A DNA stretch of 64,000 nucleotides from Vulcanimicrobiota bacterium (GTDB lineage Bacteria; Vulcanimicrobiota; Vulcanimicrobiia; Vulcanimicrobiales; Vulcanimicrobiaceae). The notes beneath the pieces were generated by a model, which was not told the DNA's origin, ran no database searches, and worked only from the letters and a program-made list of their open reading frames with translations. The DNA is taken from NCBI GenBank assembly GCA_963795855.1, contig CAWCIZ010000006.1, forward strand, positions 1 to 64,000, in the 5' to 3' direction. The position numbers were made by a program, and so were the translations under genes. Positions within the stretch are counted from its first letter, which is position 1. Each line of letters starts with the position of its first letter. Positions 30,476 through 40,362 of this stretch are shown here, one piece after another.

Positions 30476-31993
30476 TTAGAAGTCGTATTCCAATTGGGTT
30501 CGATTGTATTTGAAGTCCGGCGTGCCGCCATAAGCGTTCGTAAACGATTGCGTTCGTTCGGCGTAGCGGTGGCGCAGCGACCATCCGTGATACGCGCCTT
30601 TCCCCACTTTGCTGAAAAAGTACGTGCCGTCGATGTCCGTTTCTTGCGTGGGCGATACGCCGACGGCTGCGTTACCGTACGCGTACCACGCGTGACTGAC
30701 GATGAGGCGGACTTGTTTTTGCAGGCTGTAGAAAGTGCCCGCGACTTTGACGCCGGAGCCGGGGCTGCGGCGATCGATCATACCTTGGCTGATGCTGGTA
30801 TCGAACAGCGGATCCGTCGCGTATGAGTCGCTGTAGGGGCTCGCCCAGCCGCCGTAATAAACCGTCGCCGTTGCCCCCGCGACGCCGGGCGCCGCCGTGG
30901 TACAATTCGGCGTTCCGCCTGAAGGTAAGAAGTACATCAGCGTGCCGCCGATCAGATCTTTAGAAGAGCACGAAGCCCCGGCCGGCAGCGCGATCGTGTC
31001 GCTCTTGATCGGAATGAAATCCGCGCCGACGGTCAGGTCGACGTTGTTCCACGGCGAGTAGCCGCCTTGGATGCCGAAGATTTGACTATTGATTTTACCG
31101 GCGAGCGAGCTCCCCGTATTGGTTTCGCTGCCGCCCTGCACGGCGATGAACGGCTTGCCGTACGCCTTCCAAGCATATTTTCCGTCAGCCCAAATTGCGT
31201 TCGCAATTTGATCGAAAGCATAAAAATGCAAGTTTGCGGTGAACGGACCGCCGTTGTAGCCGAGGCGACCGTAGTAGAAGCCGTTGTTGGCGGCGATCCC
31301 GCCCTTGGGAATTCCGGTATTCGCAAGGCCTCCGGTATCCGGAAACGACGCATTTTGCGTAATGAGCGTGGCCGGAATGAAATCCGACTGCACCCGGTCC
31401 TCGAAGCGATTGGCATAGGTCGCCTCAATCGCCCAGTTCTTGCCGATGTTGTAACTGACGTCCGCCGCGCGGTATGCCGCCGGCTTCAGACGGCTGTCGG
31501 AAGACGGCGCCCACGGCGTATTGAGCACTTGGTCGCCGATGCGCGCGTACAGCGCCGGATCCTTGTACTGTAAATATGCTTCGTACAGCGTGCTCAGTCT
31601 GTATCCGGGAAGAGTGTCGTCCGGATTGGTGCCGGGCAGCGACACGGGATGCTTCGCGCACGGCGCACTCAGATGCGATACGGGATCCGCGCAGTTGTTG
31701 AACGGATCCGCGTACAGGTACGTTCCGCCGGCGGAAAAGCCGCCGCCGAAATCGTAGCCGGCATGCAAACTGATCGCCGCGTTGAAGCTCGCCTGATTCG
31801 TCGTTTTGGTCGCGCTGGGTGAATTCATGCGCGTGAAGTAGTAAGCGCGCAAGAAGCCGCCGTACGTAAAGCCGGACTGCGCCGTCGGTTTCGGCGCAGG
31901 CGTCGCTTGCGCCCATGCGAGCGCGCCGCCGCACAGCGTGAAGAGCGCGCCCATGCAGAGCGAGCGAAAAAAAGTTCTTTCCATAGCGCTCAT
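30476..31993 (-). CDS. Outer-membrane porin (OprD-like beta barrel)
   Basis: Signal peptide, GFLRAYYF, LYEAYLQY..IGDQVLNTPW..DSRLKP, C-terminal YNRTQLEYDF BAM motif. Confidence 0.8.
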   Translation of the reverse strand: MSAMERTFFRSLCMGALFTLCGGALAWAQATPAPKPTAQSGFTYGGFLRAYYFTRMNSPSATKTTNQASFNAAISLHAGYDFGGGFSAGGTYLYADPFNNCADPVSHLSAPCAKHPVSLPGTNPDDTLPGYRLSTLYEAYLQYKDPALYARIGDQVLNTPWAPSSDSRLKPAAYRAADVSYNIGKNWAIEATYANRFEDRVQSDFIPATLITQNASFPDTGGLANTGIPKGGIAANNGFYYGRLGYNGGPFTANLHFYAFDQIANAIWADGKYAWKAYGKPFIAVQGGSETNTGSSLAGKINSQIFGIQGGYSPWNNVDLTVGADFIPIKSDTIALPAGASCSSKDLIGGTLMYFLPSGGTPNCTTAAPGVAGATATVYYGGWASPYSDSYATDPLFDTSISQGMIDRRSPGSGVKVAGTFYSLQKQVRLIVSHAWYAYGNAAVGVSPTQETDIDGTYFFSKVGKGAYHGWSLRHRYAERTQSFTNAYGGTPDFKYNRTQLEYDF

Positions 31994-32008
31994 TCTAGCC
32001 TGACTTTC

Positions 32009-32815
32009 TTATCCGTAGCGGCCCGTGATGTAATCTTCGGTGCGCTTATCCCGCGGTTTGAAGAAGATGTCGCGCGTGTTGCCGATTTCGACCAGTTCTC
32101 CCATCAGGAAAAACGCGGTGTAGTCCGAGATCCGCGCAGCCTGTTGCATCGAGTGTGTGACGATGACGACCGTGTATTCCTTCTTCAACTCGCCGATGAG
32201 GTCTTCAATCTTGCTGGTAGCGATTGGATCCAGGGCCGAGGCAGGCTCGTCCATCAGAATCACTTCCGGTTCAACTGCCAGCACGCGAGCGATGCACAGA
32301 CGCTGCTGCTGTCCCCCGGAAAGGTCGAGCGCGGACTTGTCGAGGCGGTCCTTCACTTCATCCCACAGCGCAGCGTGGTGCAAGCTGCGCTCGGCGATCT
32401 CCATCAGCCGCTTGCGATTGCGAATACCGTGAATGCGCGGCCCATACACCACGTTTTCGAAGATCGACTTCGGAAACGGGTTCGGACGCTGAAACACCAT
32501 GCCGATGCGATGCCGGATCGTTACCGGGTCCACGTCCTTTGCGTAGATGTCCTCGCCGTCCAGCGTAACGGTGCCTTCCACCCGAACGTCGGGAGCCAGG
32601 TCGTGCATACGGTTGAGCGCGCGCACGAACGTTGACTTGCCGCAGCCGGACGGTCCGATCAGCGCCATCACGCAATTCTCGGGAACCCGTAGTGAGGCGT
32701 TTTTGATGGCTTGAAAGGCGCCGTAGTACACGCTCAAGTCATCGATACAGAGTTTGATTTCCGCATCGGGATGTACGTGCGCGGTGAGGAACGGGGCCTG
32801 CATACTTGCCGTCAT
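32009..32815 (-). CDS. pstB: Phosphate ABC transporter ATP-binding protein
   Basis: [45 protein letters not shown]. Confidence 0.97.
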   Translation of the reverse strand: MTASMQAPFLTAHVHPDAEIKLCIDDLSVYYGAFQAIKNASLRVPENCVMALIGPSGCGKSTFVRALNRMHDLAPDVRVEGTVTLDGEDIYAKDVDPVTIRHRIGMVFQRPNPFPKSIFENVVYGPRIHGIRNRKRLMEIAERSLHHAALWDEVKDRLDKSALDLSGGQQQRLCIARVLAVEPEVILMDEPASALDPIATSKIEDLIGELKKEYTVVIVTHSMQQAARISDYTAFFLMGELVEIGNTRDIFFKPRDKRTEDYITGRYG

Positions 32816-33720
32816 TTTCCTGTGAGCCGTTTGCTGAGCGCGCGTCCGAGTAAACGTGCCGAGATGTTGAACAGGAGCACCATTACGAGCAGAACCAGCG
32901 CGGAACCGTTTCCGATTTTCGTCACGTCCGGCACGACCGCCTCGGAGTGCGTATACCACAGGTGCACCGAGAGGGTCTCCGCTTGGTGAAATAGTCCCGG
33001 GTCGTATGCGGATCGCCCGACCGAGACGCTCGTGCCGGCAGTGAAGATCAGAGCCGCCGTCTCACCGAAAATGCGCCCGGCGATGAGCACGACGCCCGTG
33101 GTAAGCGGTGCGATCGCGCTAGGAAGCACGACTCGGCGAATCGTTTGCCATTTCGTCGCGCCCAGCGCCATCGACCCTTCGCGGTACGCCTTGGGAACGG
33201 TTTGCAATGCTTCTTGCGTGACGCGCATGAGCGCGGGCAGGTTCAGAATCGTCAACGTCAACGCGCCGCCGATGGCCGAGAAACTCCAATGGAACAGATC
33301 GACGAACACGAGCATGCCGAACAAGCCCATGACGATCGACGGAATCGTGGAAAGCGATTCGGCGCAGAACTGAACGAGCGACGTAAAGAGTCCGGGGCGC
33401 GCGTACTCCTGAAGATAAATGCCGCCGGCAGTCGCAATCGGCGTCGTAAATACCAGCGTCAAGACGAGAATGTAAAACGAATTGTAGATCTCGGGACCGA
33501 TACCGCCGCCCGCGGCAACTTCGCTCGGCGGCGAGGTGAGAAAGTGCCACGAGATGACCGGCGCTCCGAGATACAGGATGTACCCGACGAAAAAAATCAG
33601 CAGCACGATAATCGAAAGCGCCGCACCCCACAGCACGGCGGTCATCAGCGAATTCATCGTGCGGCGCTGCGCGGTCGTGTCGCGGCGCGGCATCCTGCCC
33701 GCCGCTGCGCTCACCGCCAT
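32812..33720 (-). CDS. pstA: Phosphate ABC transporter permease
   Basis: [40 protein letters not shown]. Confidence 0.95.
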   Translation of the reverse strand: MAVSAAAGRMPRRDTTAQRRTMNSLMTAVLWGAALSIIVLLIFFVGYILYLGAPVISWHFLTSPPSEVAAGGGIGPEIYNSFYILVLTLVFTTPIATAGGIYLQEYARPGLFTSLVQFCAESLSTIPSIVMGLFGMLVFVDLFHWSFSAIGGALTLTILNLPALMRVTQEALQTVPKAYREGSMALGATKWQTIRRVVLPSAIAPLTTGVVLIAGRIFGETAALIFTAGTSVSVGRSAYDPGLFHQAETLSVHLWYTHSEAVVPDVTKIGNGSALVLLVMVLLFNISARLLGRALSKRLTGK

Positions 33721-33721
33721 G

Positions 33722-34606
33722 TCATGCGCTCCGGCGAAGCGCGAAGCGCACGGCCAAAATCAGCGCCATCGCAATGAGCAGCAGCAGCAGCGCCATCGTG
33801 AACAAGGAGTGGTACAGCACCGTGCCTTCTTGCGCGCTGCCCATGTCGGTGACGATTTCGGTGGTGAGCGCCGCGGTCGGCGAGAGCAGACCTTTCGGCA
33901 GAATGGCGCTATTCCCGATGACCATCTGGACTGCGAGCGCTTCACCGATCGCGCGCGCGATACCTAAGATGACCGCAACGGTTAGGCCGCTTCGCGCCGC
34001 GGGCAACATGACGCTCCAAATCGTCTGCCATTGCGTCGCCCCGAGCGCCATGGAGCCTTCCTCGAGGGCCACCGGAACGGCGCGCAGCGCATCTTCGGCA
34101 AGCGAGATCACCGTCGGCAGAATCATGATCGAGAGCACGATGCCTGCGGTGAGCAAACCGAAACCGGTAAGACTGCCCAAATGTTCGCGTATGAACGGCG
34201 CCAGCAGCGTCAGGCCGAGCCACCCGTAAACCACGGAAGGAATGCCGACCAGAATTTCGATCGTCGGCTTCATAAACGTCGCCAAGCGTTTCGGCGCGAG
34301 CTGGGAGAGAAAAATGCCTACCGCGACGCCGAACGGACCGCCCACGCAGATCGCAAACATCGTTATGAAGATCGAACCCAGAATGAAAACGAGCGCGCCC
34401 GGATGTCTCGCATCGGGATTGAAGTTCGGCGAAAACAGAAAGACGAACGGCGAGACGTGATCGGAAATGAAAAGTTTGAGGCCCATGAAGGCCAAATAAC
34501 CGATCAGCGCACCCATGGCGACGATTACGAAAACGCTCGCGAGAAAGAGCGCCGATGAAGCGATGCGTTCTTGCGCGTGCGCGCGTCCGGGCCGCGTGGC
34601 TATCAA
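33722..34606 (-). CDS. pstC: Phosphate ABC transporter permease
   Basis: GIPSVVYG, SIMILPTV, ARAIGEALAVQMVIGN. Confidence 0.95.
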   Translation of the reverse strand: MIATRPGRAHAQERIASSALFLASVFVIVAMGALIGYLAFMGLKLFISDHVSPFVFLFSPNFNPDARHPGALVFILGSIFITMFAICVGGPFGVAVGIFLSQLAPKRLATFMKPTIEILVGIPSVVYGWLGLTLLAPFIREHLGSLTGFGLLTAGIVLSIMILPTVISLAEDALRAVPVALEEGSMALGATQWQTIWSVMLPAARSGLTVAVILGIARAIGEALAVQMVIGNSAILPKGLLSPTAALTTEIVTDMGSAQEGTVLYHSLFTMALLLLLIAMALILAVRFALRRSA

Positions 34607-34615
34607 AGCCTCCCC

Positions 34616-34669
34616 ATCGTACGGACCCGGGAGTAACGGCTCCTTAACTCGACATTAAGGAAGATTAAG
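34616..34669 (-). promoter_or_regulatory. Pho box (TTAA-type repeats at 10-11 bp spacing) plus -10 TACGAT
   Basis: Minus strand cTTAAtcttccTTAAtgtcgagTTAAggagccgTTACtccc...TACGAT directly upstream of pstC. Confidence 0.7.
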
Positions 34670-34677
34670 CCGCTCTA

Positions 34678-34782
34678 TCAGCCGACGATGAGCACTTGGG
34701 GAGCGAGCTCCTTGATGCGCGTTTCAACATAAGGCGTGCGGCTGCCCCACACGTCCTCGATGCTGTCGCGCGACTCTCGCAT
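34678..34782 (-). pseudogene. 34-aa ORF resembling the fused N- and C-termini of a molybdopterin oxidoreductase
   Basis: MRESRDSIEDVWGSRTPY-VETRIKELAPQVLIVG*; starts 8 nt after the hemerythrin stop. Confidence 0.55.
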
Positions 34783-34790
34783 CCCAGCGG

Positions 34791-35345
34791 TCAGCGCGTG
34801 GACTTACGCCCGCTTTTCTTTCGGGTTGACGTTTTTTTCGCGGTCTTCTTTTGTCCGCGCGCCGGCGTACGCTTCTTCGAACCGCTCGCGGGGCGCCGCG
34901 ACCGCATCAATTGGGCTTTCTTTGCCTCGGCGCGTTTGCCAATCTCTTCGAGTTCTTCCTCATCGAGAAGTTCTCGCGCCAGCGTAAAAATCGTCGATTC
35001 TTCTTCGCGAACGTGGTGCTTGACGTTCTCGCCCAAGACTTGCAGTTCGGCTTTGAACAGGGCCGCGTTTTTCTGCCGCCCGTTCAGAAGTGAAATCAAA
35101 TGCTTGACGACGTCGTGCTCGGTGAATGCTTCGAACACGTCAACGAGTTCTTCGTCCTCTTCGGCGCGATCGCGCAGTAACGGATAGAACATCGATTCCT
35201 CGAGCGTGGCGTGAACGGTAAGCGCCTGCGACATCTGCTGCGCCAGTTCGCTCAGCTTGCGATCGTCGGGTTCCAAGCGTTGCACCTCATCGATCATGCG
35301 GGCCACCATCTGATGATCTTGCTTGAGCAAATCGAGTACGTTCAT
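34791..35345 (-). CDS. Hemerythrin domain protein with Lys/Arg-rich C-terminal tail
   Basis: LKQDHQMV, VHATLEESMFYP, TEHDVVK, HHVREEESTIF; tail KKTAKKTSTRKKSGRKSTR; AGGAGG RBS. Confidence 0.9.
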   Translation of the reverse strand: MNVLDLLKQDHQMVARMIDEVQRLEPDDRKLSELAQQMSQALTVHATLEESMFYPLLRDRAEEDEELVDVFEAFTEHDVVKHLISLLNGRQKNAALFKAELQVLGENVKHHVREEESTIFTLARELLDEEELEEIGKRAEAKKAQLMRSRRPASGSKKRTPARGQKKTAKKTSTRKKSGRKSTR

Positions 35346-35374
35346 CGCATATCCTCCTGCTGCGTCGTTCCACT

Positions 35375-35400
35375 CTTCCCCCGCGCAGTCGCGCGCTAAC
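35375..35400 (-). promoter_or_regulatory. SigB-like promoter GTTA-N16-GGGAAG
   Basis: Upstream of the second hemerythrin gene. Confidence 0.5.
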
Positions 35401-35484
35401 CTCACGACAACGTACCGATTAACAGCAAGCAGGCATCCTCGTCTGAAAGCATGCCTGCATTAGCCTGCGATTATCGCCGCGCTA

Positions 35485-36663
35485 TTAACGTTCTAGGACG
35501 AGCATCGGAATGCGGACGGTGAACTTCGTTCCGGCGCCCAGCGTCGACTCGGCCCGTACCGTGCCGCGATGCGCTTCCACGATGTGCTTGACGATGGATA
35601 GCCCGAGGCCGGCCCCGCTCACGCCCCGCGCTCGCGAACGGTCAACCACGTAGAACCGCTCGAAGACGTAGGGCAAGTCCTTGTACGGAATGCCCATGCC
35701 CGTATCCGCGACGCAAATGACGGCATGCCCCGCCTCGACGTCGAGCGTGACGGTAACCGAGCCGCCTTCGGGCGTGAACCGAAGCGCGTTGTCGATCAGG
35801 TTCACGAACACTTGCGAGAGCCGCTGCTCGTCCGCTTCGACGATCGCCGGCCGCTGCGTCCGCAATTCCAGATTGACGTTTCTGGACGAGGCTTGAGGAA
35901 CGAACGACTGCACGATCGGGCGCGCCACTTCTTCCAAGTCGATTTCCGCGATTTGCAAGACGAGTTCGCCGGACTCCACGCGCGCTTGTTCGAGCAGGCG
36001 CTGCACGAGCGCGGCAAGACGATCGACCTGACCCTGCGCTTGCGGAAGAAACGTTTTTCGCGCCTCTTCATCTCCGGATTCCACTACCGTATCGAGCATC
36101 AGTTTGATGGACGCGAGAGGCGTGCGAAGCTCGTGGGAAACGTTCGTAAGAAACTCTTGGCGCGCGCGCTCGAGCGCGAGCAGCTCGGTTTGGTCCTCCG
36201 CAATCACCAGCAAACCAGTGATCTCCGTGAGCTCTTCCTGCGCTTCGTCGCCAAGCGGATAAACCGACACTGCGTAGCTGCGCGTGACGTTTTTTCCGGT
36301 CACGTGCAGCGGCGAGCCCAGCAGTTCGCCTCGCAACGCCGCCTGCGCGCGCCGCTCGAGTTCGATCGACGGAATCGCAGCGATGAGATGCGTCCCGCGC
36401 GCCCGCGTTCGTTCGAAACCGAAGATGGCCGCCGCCGCGCGGTTCGCAAACCGCACGCGCAGCCGACGGTCCAGCATGACGACGCCAAGCGGTAACGCGC
36501 GCACTAATGCATCGAAGCGATCGTCCGCGGGCACGTGCGATTCTGGTGGCGGCTGTTCCATGCCGCCGGCATTTGGATTCGGGGCATACCGGCGAAACGT
36601 AAGCGCGACGATGAGGCCGATAGCGAACGCGCCTGCGGCCACGAACCACGCTTCAGCCGTCAT
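35485..36663 (-). CDS. phoR: PhoR-like sensor histidine kinase (TM-PAS-HisKA-HATPase)
   Basis: [53 protein letters not shown]; next to pstCAB. Confidence 0.8.
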   Translation of the reverse strand: MTAEAWFVAAGAFAIGLIVALTFRRYAPNPNAGGMEQPPPESHVPADDRFDALVRALPLGVVMLDRRLRVRFANRAAAAIFGFERTRARGTHLIAAIPSIELERRAQAALRGELLGSPLHVTGKNVTRSYAVSVYPLGDEAQEELTEITGLLVIAEDQTELLALERARQEFLTNVSHELRTPLASIKLMLDTVVESGDEEARKTFLPQAQGQVDRLAALVQRLLEQARVESGELVLQIAEIDLEEVARPIVQSFVPQASSRNVNLELRTQRPAIVEADEQRLSQVFVNLIDNALRFTPEGGSVTVTLDVEAGHAVICVADTGMGIPYKDLPYVFERFYVVDRSRARGVSGAGLGLSIVKHIVEAHRGTVRAESTLGAGTKFTVRIPMLVLER

Positions 36664-36681
36664 GCGGTAATGGCCGAAGGA

Positions 36682-37419
36682 CTATTCCTTGAACATGTAG
36701 CCGCGGCTGCGTACCGTAATGATGTGCCGGGGATTGCGCGAATCTTCTTCGATTTTCTCGCGGACCCAGCGAATGTGCACGCTCACGGTCTGCTGCTCGC
36801 CTTCGAAATCGTAGCCCCAGACTTTGTCGAGCAGCGTCTGGCGCGTAACGACGCGGCCGGCGTTCTCCATCAGCACGCGCAGAAGCGCAAACTCTTTGGG
36901 CGCGAGCGCCACGTCTTTGCCGCGCACGGTCAGGTGCTGTCGCGACGGATCGAGCACGATTTCGCTCAGGGCGATCGCTCGGTCATGGTTTTCCGCGGCC
37001 AGCGGCGCCGGACGGCGCAAGCGAGCTTTGACGCGCGCGAGAAATTCATGCAGCGCAAACGGCTTGGTCACGTAGTCATCGGCGCCCAGTTCGAGCGCGA
37101 TGACTTTGTCGATCTCCTGATCCTTCGCGGTCAGCATGATGATCGGGACGGAGCTGGTCTTGCGTATCTCTTTGCAGACTTCGATGCCGTCCAGAACCGG
37201 CAGCATGACGTCGAGAACGACTAGGTCCGGCTGCTCGCGCTGCGCAATCGCAACGGCGCTCCGCCCGTCGCCGGCCGTGATGACCGCGTAACCGCTGCGC
37301 TCGAGGTTGTAGCGCAGCGTCTGCAGCATCGCAGCCTCGTCTTCGACGACGAGGATTTTCTTGTTGAAATCCGGGTGTTTGTTGAACGACCCGCGGTTAC
37401 TCTCCAGCTGCGAACTCAT
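36682..37419 (-). CDS. phoB: PhoB/OmpR-family response regulator
   Basis: ILVVEDE, VLDVMLP, GADDYVTKPF, winged helix TVSVHIRWVREKIE..TVRSRGY. Confidence 0.8.
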   Translation of the reverse strand: MSSQLESNRGSFNKHPDFNKKILVVEDEAAMLQTLRYNLERSGYAVITAGDGRSAVAIAQREQPDLVVLDVMLPVLDGIEVCKEIRKTSSVPIIMLTAKDQEIDKVIALELGADDYVTKPFALHEFLARVKARLRRPAPLAAENHDRAIALSEIVLDPSRQHLTVRGKDVALAPKEFALLRVLMENAGRVVTRQTLLDKVWGYDFEGEQQTVSVHIRWVREKIEEDSRNPRHIITVRSRGYMFKE

Positions 37420-38281
37420 AGAATTTGGCGACTGCGCTGTAGTCGAGTCCCCCGTCTCCTTCGGCGGATTGAAGTGTGTAGAGTTGGTACGCGAACGCGG
37501 ACGCCGGTAAAGGCATCTTCATCTCCCGAGCCGCATCCAAAGCCGCTCCCAAGTCCTTGCGGAGCAAATCGAGAGCAAAACCTCCCTCAAACGTACCTGC
37601 AAACCACGTTTTGGGCAACCACTGCTCGAGTAAATAATTCGAAGCCGTCGCGCTGGACAGCACCTTTCGGACCGCTTCGAGGTCGGCGCCGGCCTTGCGC
37701 GCGAACGTCAACGCCTCCGCGTTCGCGATCATGACGTTCGAAATAATCAGCTGGTTGACGAGTTTGACCGTCTCGCCCAGGCTCACGCCTCCGACGTGAT
37801 GCGGGGTCCCCATCGCCTTGAGAACCGGCTCGACGCGCGCGAAATCATCTTGCGCCGCTCCGACCATGATCGTCAGCGTGCCGGATTCGGCACGTGCCGG
37901 CCCGCCGCTGACCGGCGCGTCGACGAAGCCGTAGCCGCTTGCTTGCAGCCGCTCCGCGATCGACCGTGTTGCGACCGGCGAAATCGTCGACATGTCGACG
38001 AACGTCGCTGCGGGCTTTGCGCCTTGAACCGCACCGCGCGGCGAAAAAAGGGCGTCCTCTACTTGCGGCGCGTCAGGCACGCACGTAATGACGATATCGG
38101 CGGCGGCGGCAACGGCCGCCGGATCCGCCGCCTCGGCCACGCCATGACCGCAAACCCGCTCGAGACGCTCCCGATTGCGATGCGCGCACGCGGTAACCGA
38201 AAACCCTGCGCGAACGAGCGCGAGCGACATCGGTTCGCCCATGGCGCCGATTCCGATAAAGCCGATAGCGGGCAAGTCCAC
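37397..38281 (-). CDS. Beta-hydroxyacid dehydrogenase (3-hydroxyisobutyrate dehydrogenase / tartronate semialdehyde reductase family)
   Basis: GFIGIGAMG, DAPVSGG, VKLVNQ, LLRKDL. Confidence 0.9.
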   Translation of the reverse strand: MDLPAIGFIGIGAMGEPMSLALVRAGFSVTACAHRNRERLERVCGHGVAEAADPAAVAAAADIVITCVPDAPQVEDALFSPRGAVQGAKPAATFVDMSTISPVATRSIAERLQASGYGFVDAPVSGGPARAESGTLTIMVGAAQDDFARVEPVLKAMGTPHHVGGVSLGETVKLVNQLIISNVMIANAEALTFARKAGADLEAVRKVLSSATASNYLLEQWLPKTWFAGTFEGGFALDLLRKDLGAALDAAREMKMPLPASAFAYQLYTLQSAEGDGGLDYSAVAKFYEFAAGE

Positions 38282-38354
38282 GCCGGGGCATTATCTCAAG
38301 GGGGGCCGCGCGCCTCCAAAGAAGCCGCACGAACGACCAAAGAGGGAGAACGCG

Positions 38355-39263
38355 ATGTTAGCAGCGGTTCGTCGGCCGACGTTCGACGAGATGAATCTTT
38401 CGACCGGAAAGCGCGTGCGTCTGCACCGCATGATGTTCGAGCACGGCCCGGCCAACGGTACGCTCATGCTGCTGCCGATCGACCAGGGCCTGGAGCACGG
38501 TCCGATCGACTTTTTCGCCAACCCCGAATCGCTCGACACCGATTGGATCTATCGCTTAGCGGTAGAAGGAAATTTTTCGGGCATTGCACTGCACATCGGT
38601 TTGGCCGAGAAGTATCACAAGGCATACGCCGGCAAAGTCCCGCTCGTCCTGAAGATCAACGGCAAGACGAGCATACCGAACGACGACGATGCCTTCAGTT
38701 CGCTCACCTCGTCCGTCGAGGACGCCGTGCGGGTCGGCGCCGATGCGGTCGGCTATACGCTTTACGTCGGAAGTCCCGCGCAAGACGTCGACATCGCGCA
38801 ATGCAACGAGGTGCGGCGCGAATGTGAAAGATACGGAATGCCGCTCATCGTGTGGGCTTACCCGCGAGGTGCCGCCATCAAGGCCAAGGGCGGAATCGAC
38901 TCGCTCTACGCGATCGATTACGCGGCGCGCGCAGCGTGCGAAGTCGGCGCGGACATCATCAAACTCAACGTTCCGAAGTGGGACGCAGCGACGGCCGACA
39001 AATTGCCGAAACCGTACAACACGCTCGAACTCCCGGAGCTCGACGGGCTGCGTAAAGTAGTGAAGTCCGCCGGGCGTTCGCTGGTGCTCGTTTCCGGCGG
39101 CAGCAAATTAAGCGATGACGACACCGTGCACAAAGCGCAAATCGCAATGGAAGCCGGCTGCGTCGGACTGATATTCGGACGCAATATGTGGCAGCGCGAC
39201 TGGGACGACGCCCTGCAAATTGCGGGCCGCATGCACGAGCTCATGAAGGGTTATGGACAGTAG
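38355..39263 (+). CDS. Class I fructose-bisphosphate aldolase (DhnA family)
   Basis: LPIDQGLEHGP, VLKINGKT, VWAYPRG, GADIIKL, IFGRN. Confidence 0.92.
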   Translation: MLAAVRRPTFDEMNLSTGKRVRLHRMMFEHGPANGTLMLLPIDQGLEHGPIDFFANPESLDTDWIYRLAVEGNFSGIALHIGLAEKYHKAYAGKVPLVLKINGKTSIPNDDDAFSSLTSSVEDAVRVGADAVGYTLYVGSPAQDVDIAQCNEVRRECERYGMPLIVWAYPRGAAIKAKGGIDSLYAIDYAARAACEVGADIIKLNVPKWDAATADKLPKPYNTLELPELDGLRKVVKSAGRSLVLVSGGSKLSDDDTVHKAQIAMEAGCVGLIFGRNMWQRDWDDALQIAGRMHELMKGYGQ

Positions 39264-39486
39264 CACGCTCGAGACAAGAGTAAACGCGGCGCTCGACAAG
39301 GTTCGTCCCGGCATTCAAATGGACGGCGGCGAAGTGTGGCTCATCAAAGTCGAGAACGGTACGGCTTTCGTGCAAATGCTCGGCGCCTGCGGCGGATGCC
39401 CCGCTTCGAACATGACGTTGAAAGGCGCGATCGAACAAGTCGTGCGCGCCGACGTTCCCGAGATTAACGAGGTCGTGCAGATCTAG
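39253..39486 (+). CDS. NifU/NfuA C-terminal domain protein
   Basis: VRPGIQMDGG..LGACGGCPASNMTLK. Confidence 0.92.
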   Translation: MDSSTLETRVNAALDKVRPGIQMDGGEVWLIKVENGTAFVQMLGACGGCPASNMTLKGAIEQVVRADVPEINEVVQI

Positions 39487-39498
39487 GAATCGAGCTCC

Positions 39499-40362
39499 TT
39501 ACACTTCCGCGATAAGCTCCGACGCCCGCGCTTCGGAAATCGGGGTGAGTGGCGGGACGCACCGTTCCCATTCCGCCGCGCCGGTGCGCCGCGCGAGCAC
39601 GTATCGGACCGCTGGTATGATCGCATGCGCAGAAACCGCCTGCCGGTGTTTCGTCAGTTGCGGCTGCGACGCACTATCGCCGGCCCAAACGCGCGCGCCG
39701 AGCTCGGGCCACAGCGCGACCGTACCGGAGATGCATCCCGCGAAACCCTCTTGGCGAGCATCGCTCAGGAACGCCTCGGAACTCGGATAGACGAGCAAAT
39801 CCGCATGACGCCGGTGGATCTCGCGCTGCAGCGCAAGATCGTTCGAACTGTCCTTGATTCCGGCGATGATTCCCGGAAAGCTTTCCAACAGACGATCCAC
39901 CAAATCGGGGCGGAACGCGATACCGGACATCGCCGGATAGTTGTACAGCAGCACGCTTCGTTGCGGCGGATCGACGGCTGCAAAAAGCCGTTCGAAAAAT
40001 TGCACGACTCCGTCATCGTCGATGCCGCGGAAGAAAAACGGCGGCATGACGAGCGCGGCGCCAAAGCCGAGCTGCATCGCTGCTGCGGTAAGCCGGATCG
40101 AATCCCCCAACGCGCTCGCGCCGGTGCCGACCATCATGCGCTCGCGCGGCAATCCACCGGCGCACACCGCTTCCATGAACGCGAGCCGGTCCTCGACGCA
40201 AAGCGACATCGCTTCACCCGTACTGCCCAAGACGTTGAGCGAATCGCAGCCCGATTCGAGCAAAGATTTATAATACGCCGTCCCGGTAGCGGCATCCGGA
40301 CGAAGATCGGCATTCAACGGCGTGACGACCGCGGCGCAAACGCCGCGCAGGTGCGCGCTCAT
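39499..40362 (-). CDS. Dihydrodipicolinate synthase family (DapA-like) protein
   Basis: GSTGE, LLYNYP, GIKDSS. Confidence 0.9.
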   Translation of the reverse strand: MSAHLRGVCAAVVTPLNADLRPDAATGTAYYKSLLESGCDSLNVLGSTGEAMSLCVEDRLAFMEAVCAGGLPRERMMVGTGASALGDSIRLTAAAMQLGFGAALVMPPFFFRGIDDDGVVQFFERLFAAVDPPQRSVLLYNYPAMSGIAFRPDLVDRLLESFPGIIAGIKDSSNDLALQREIHRRHADLLVYPSSEAFLSDARQEGFAGCISGTVALWPELGARVWAGDSASQPQLTKHRQAVSAHAIIPAVRYVLARRTGAAEWERCVPPLTPISEARASELIAEV

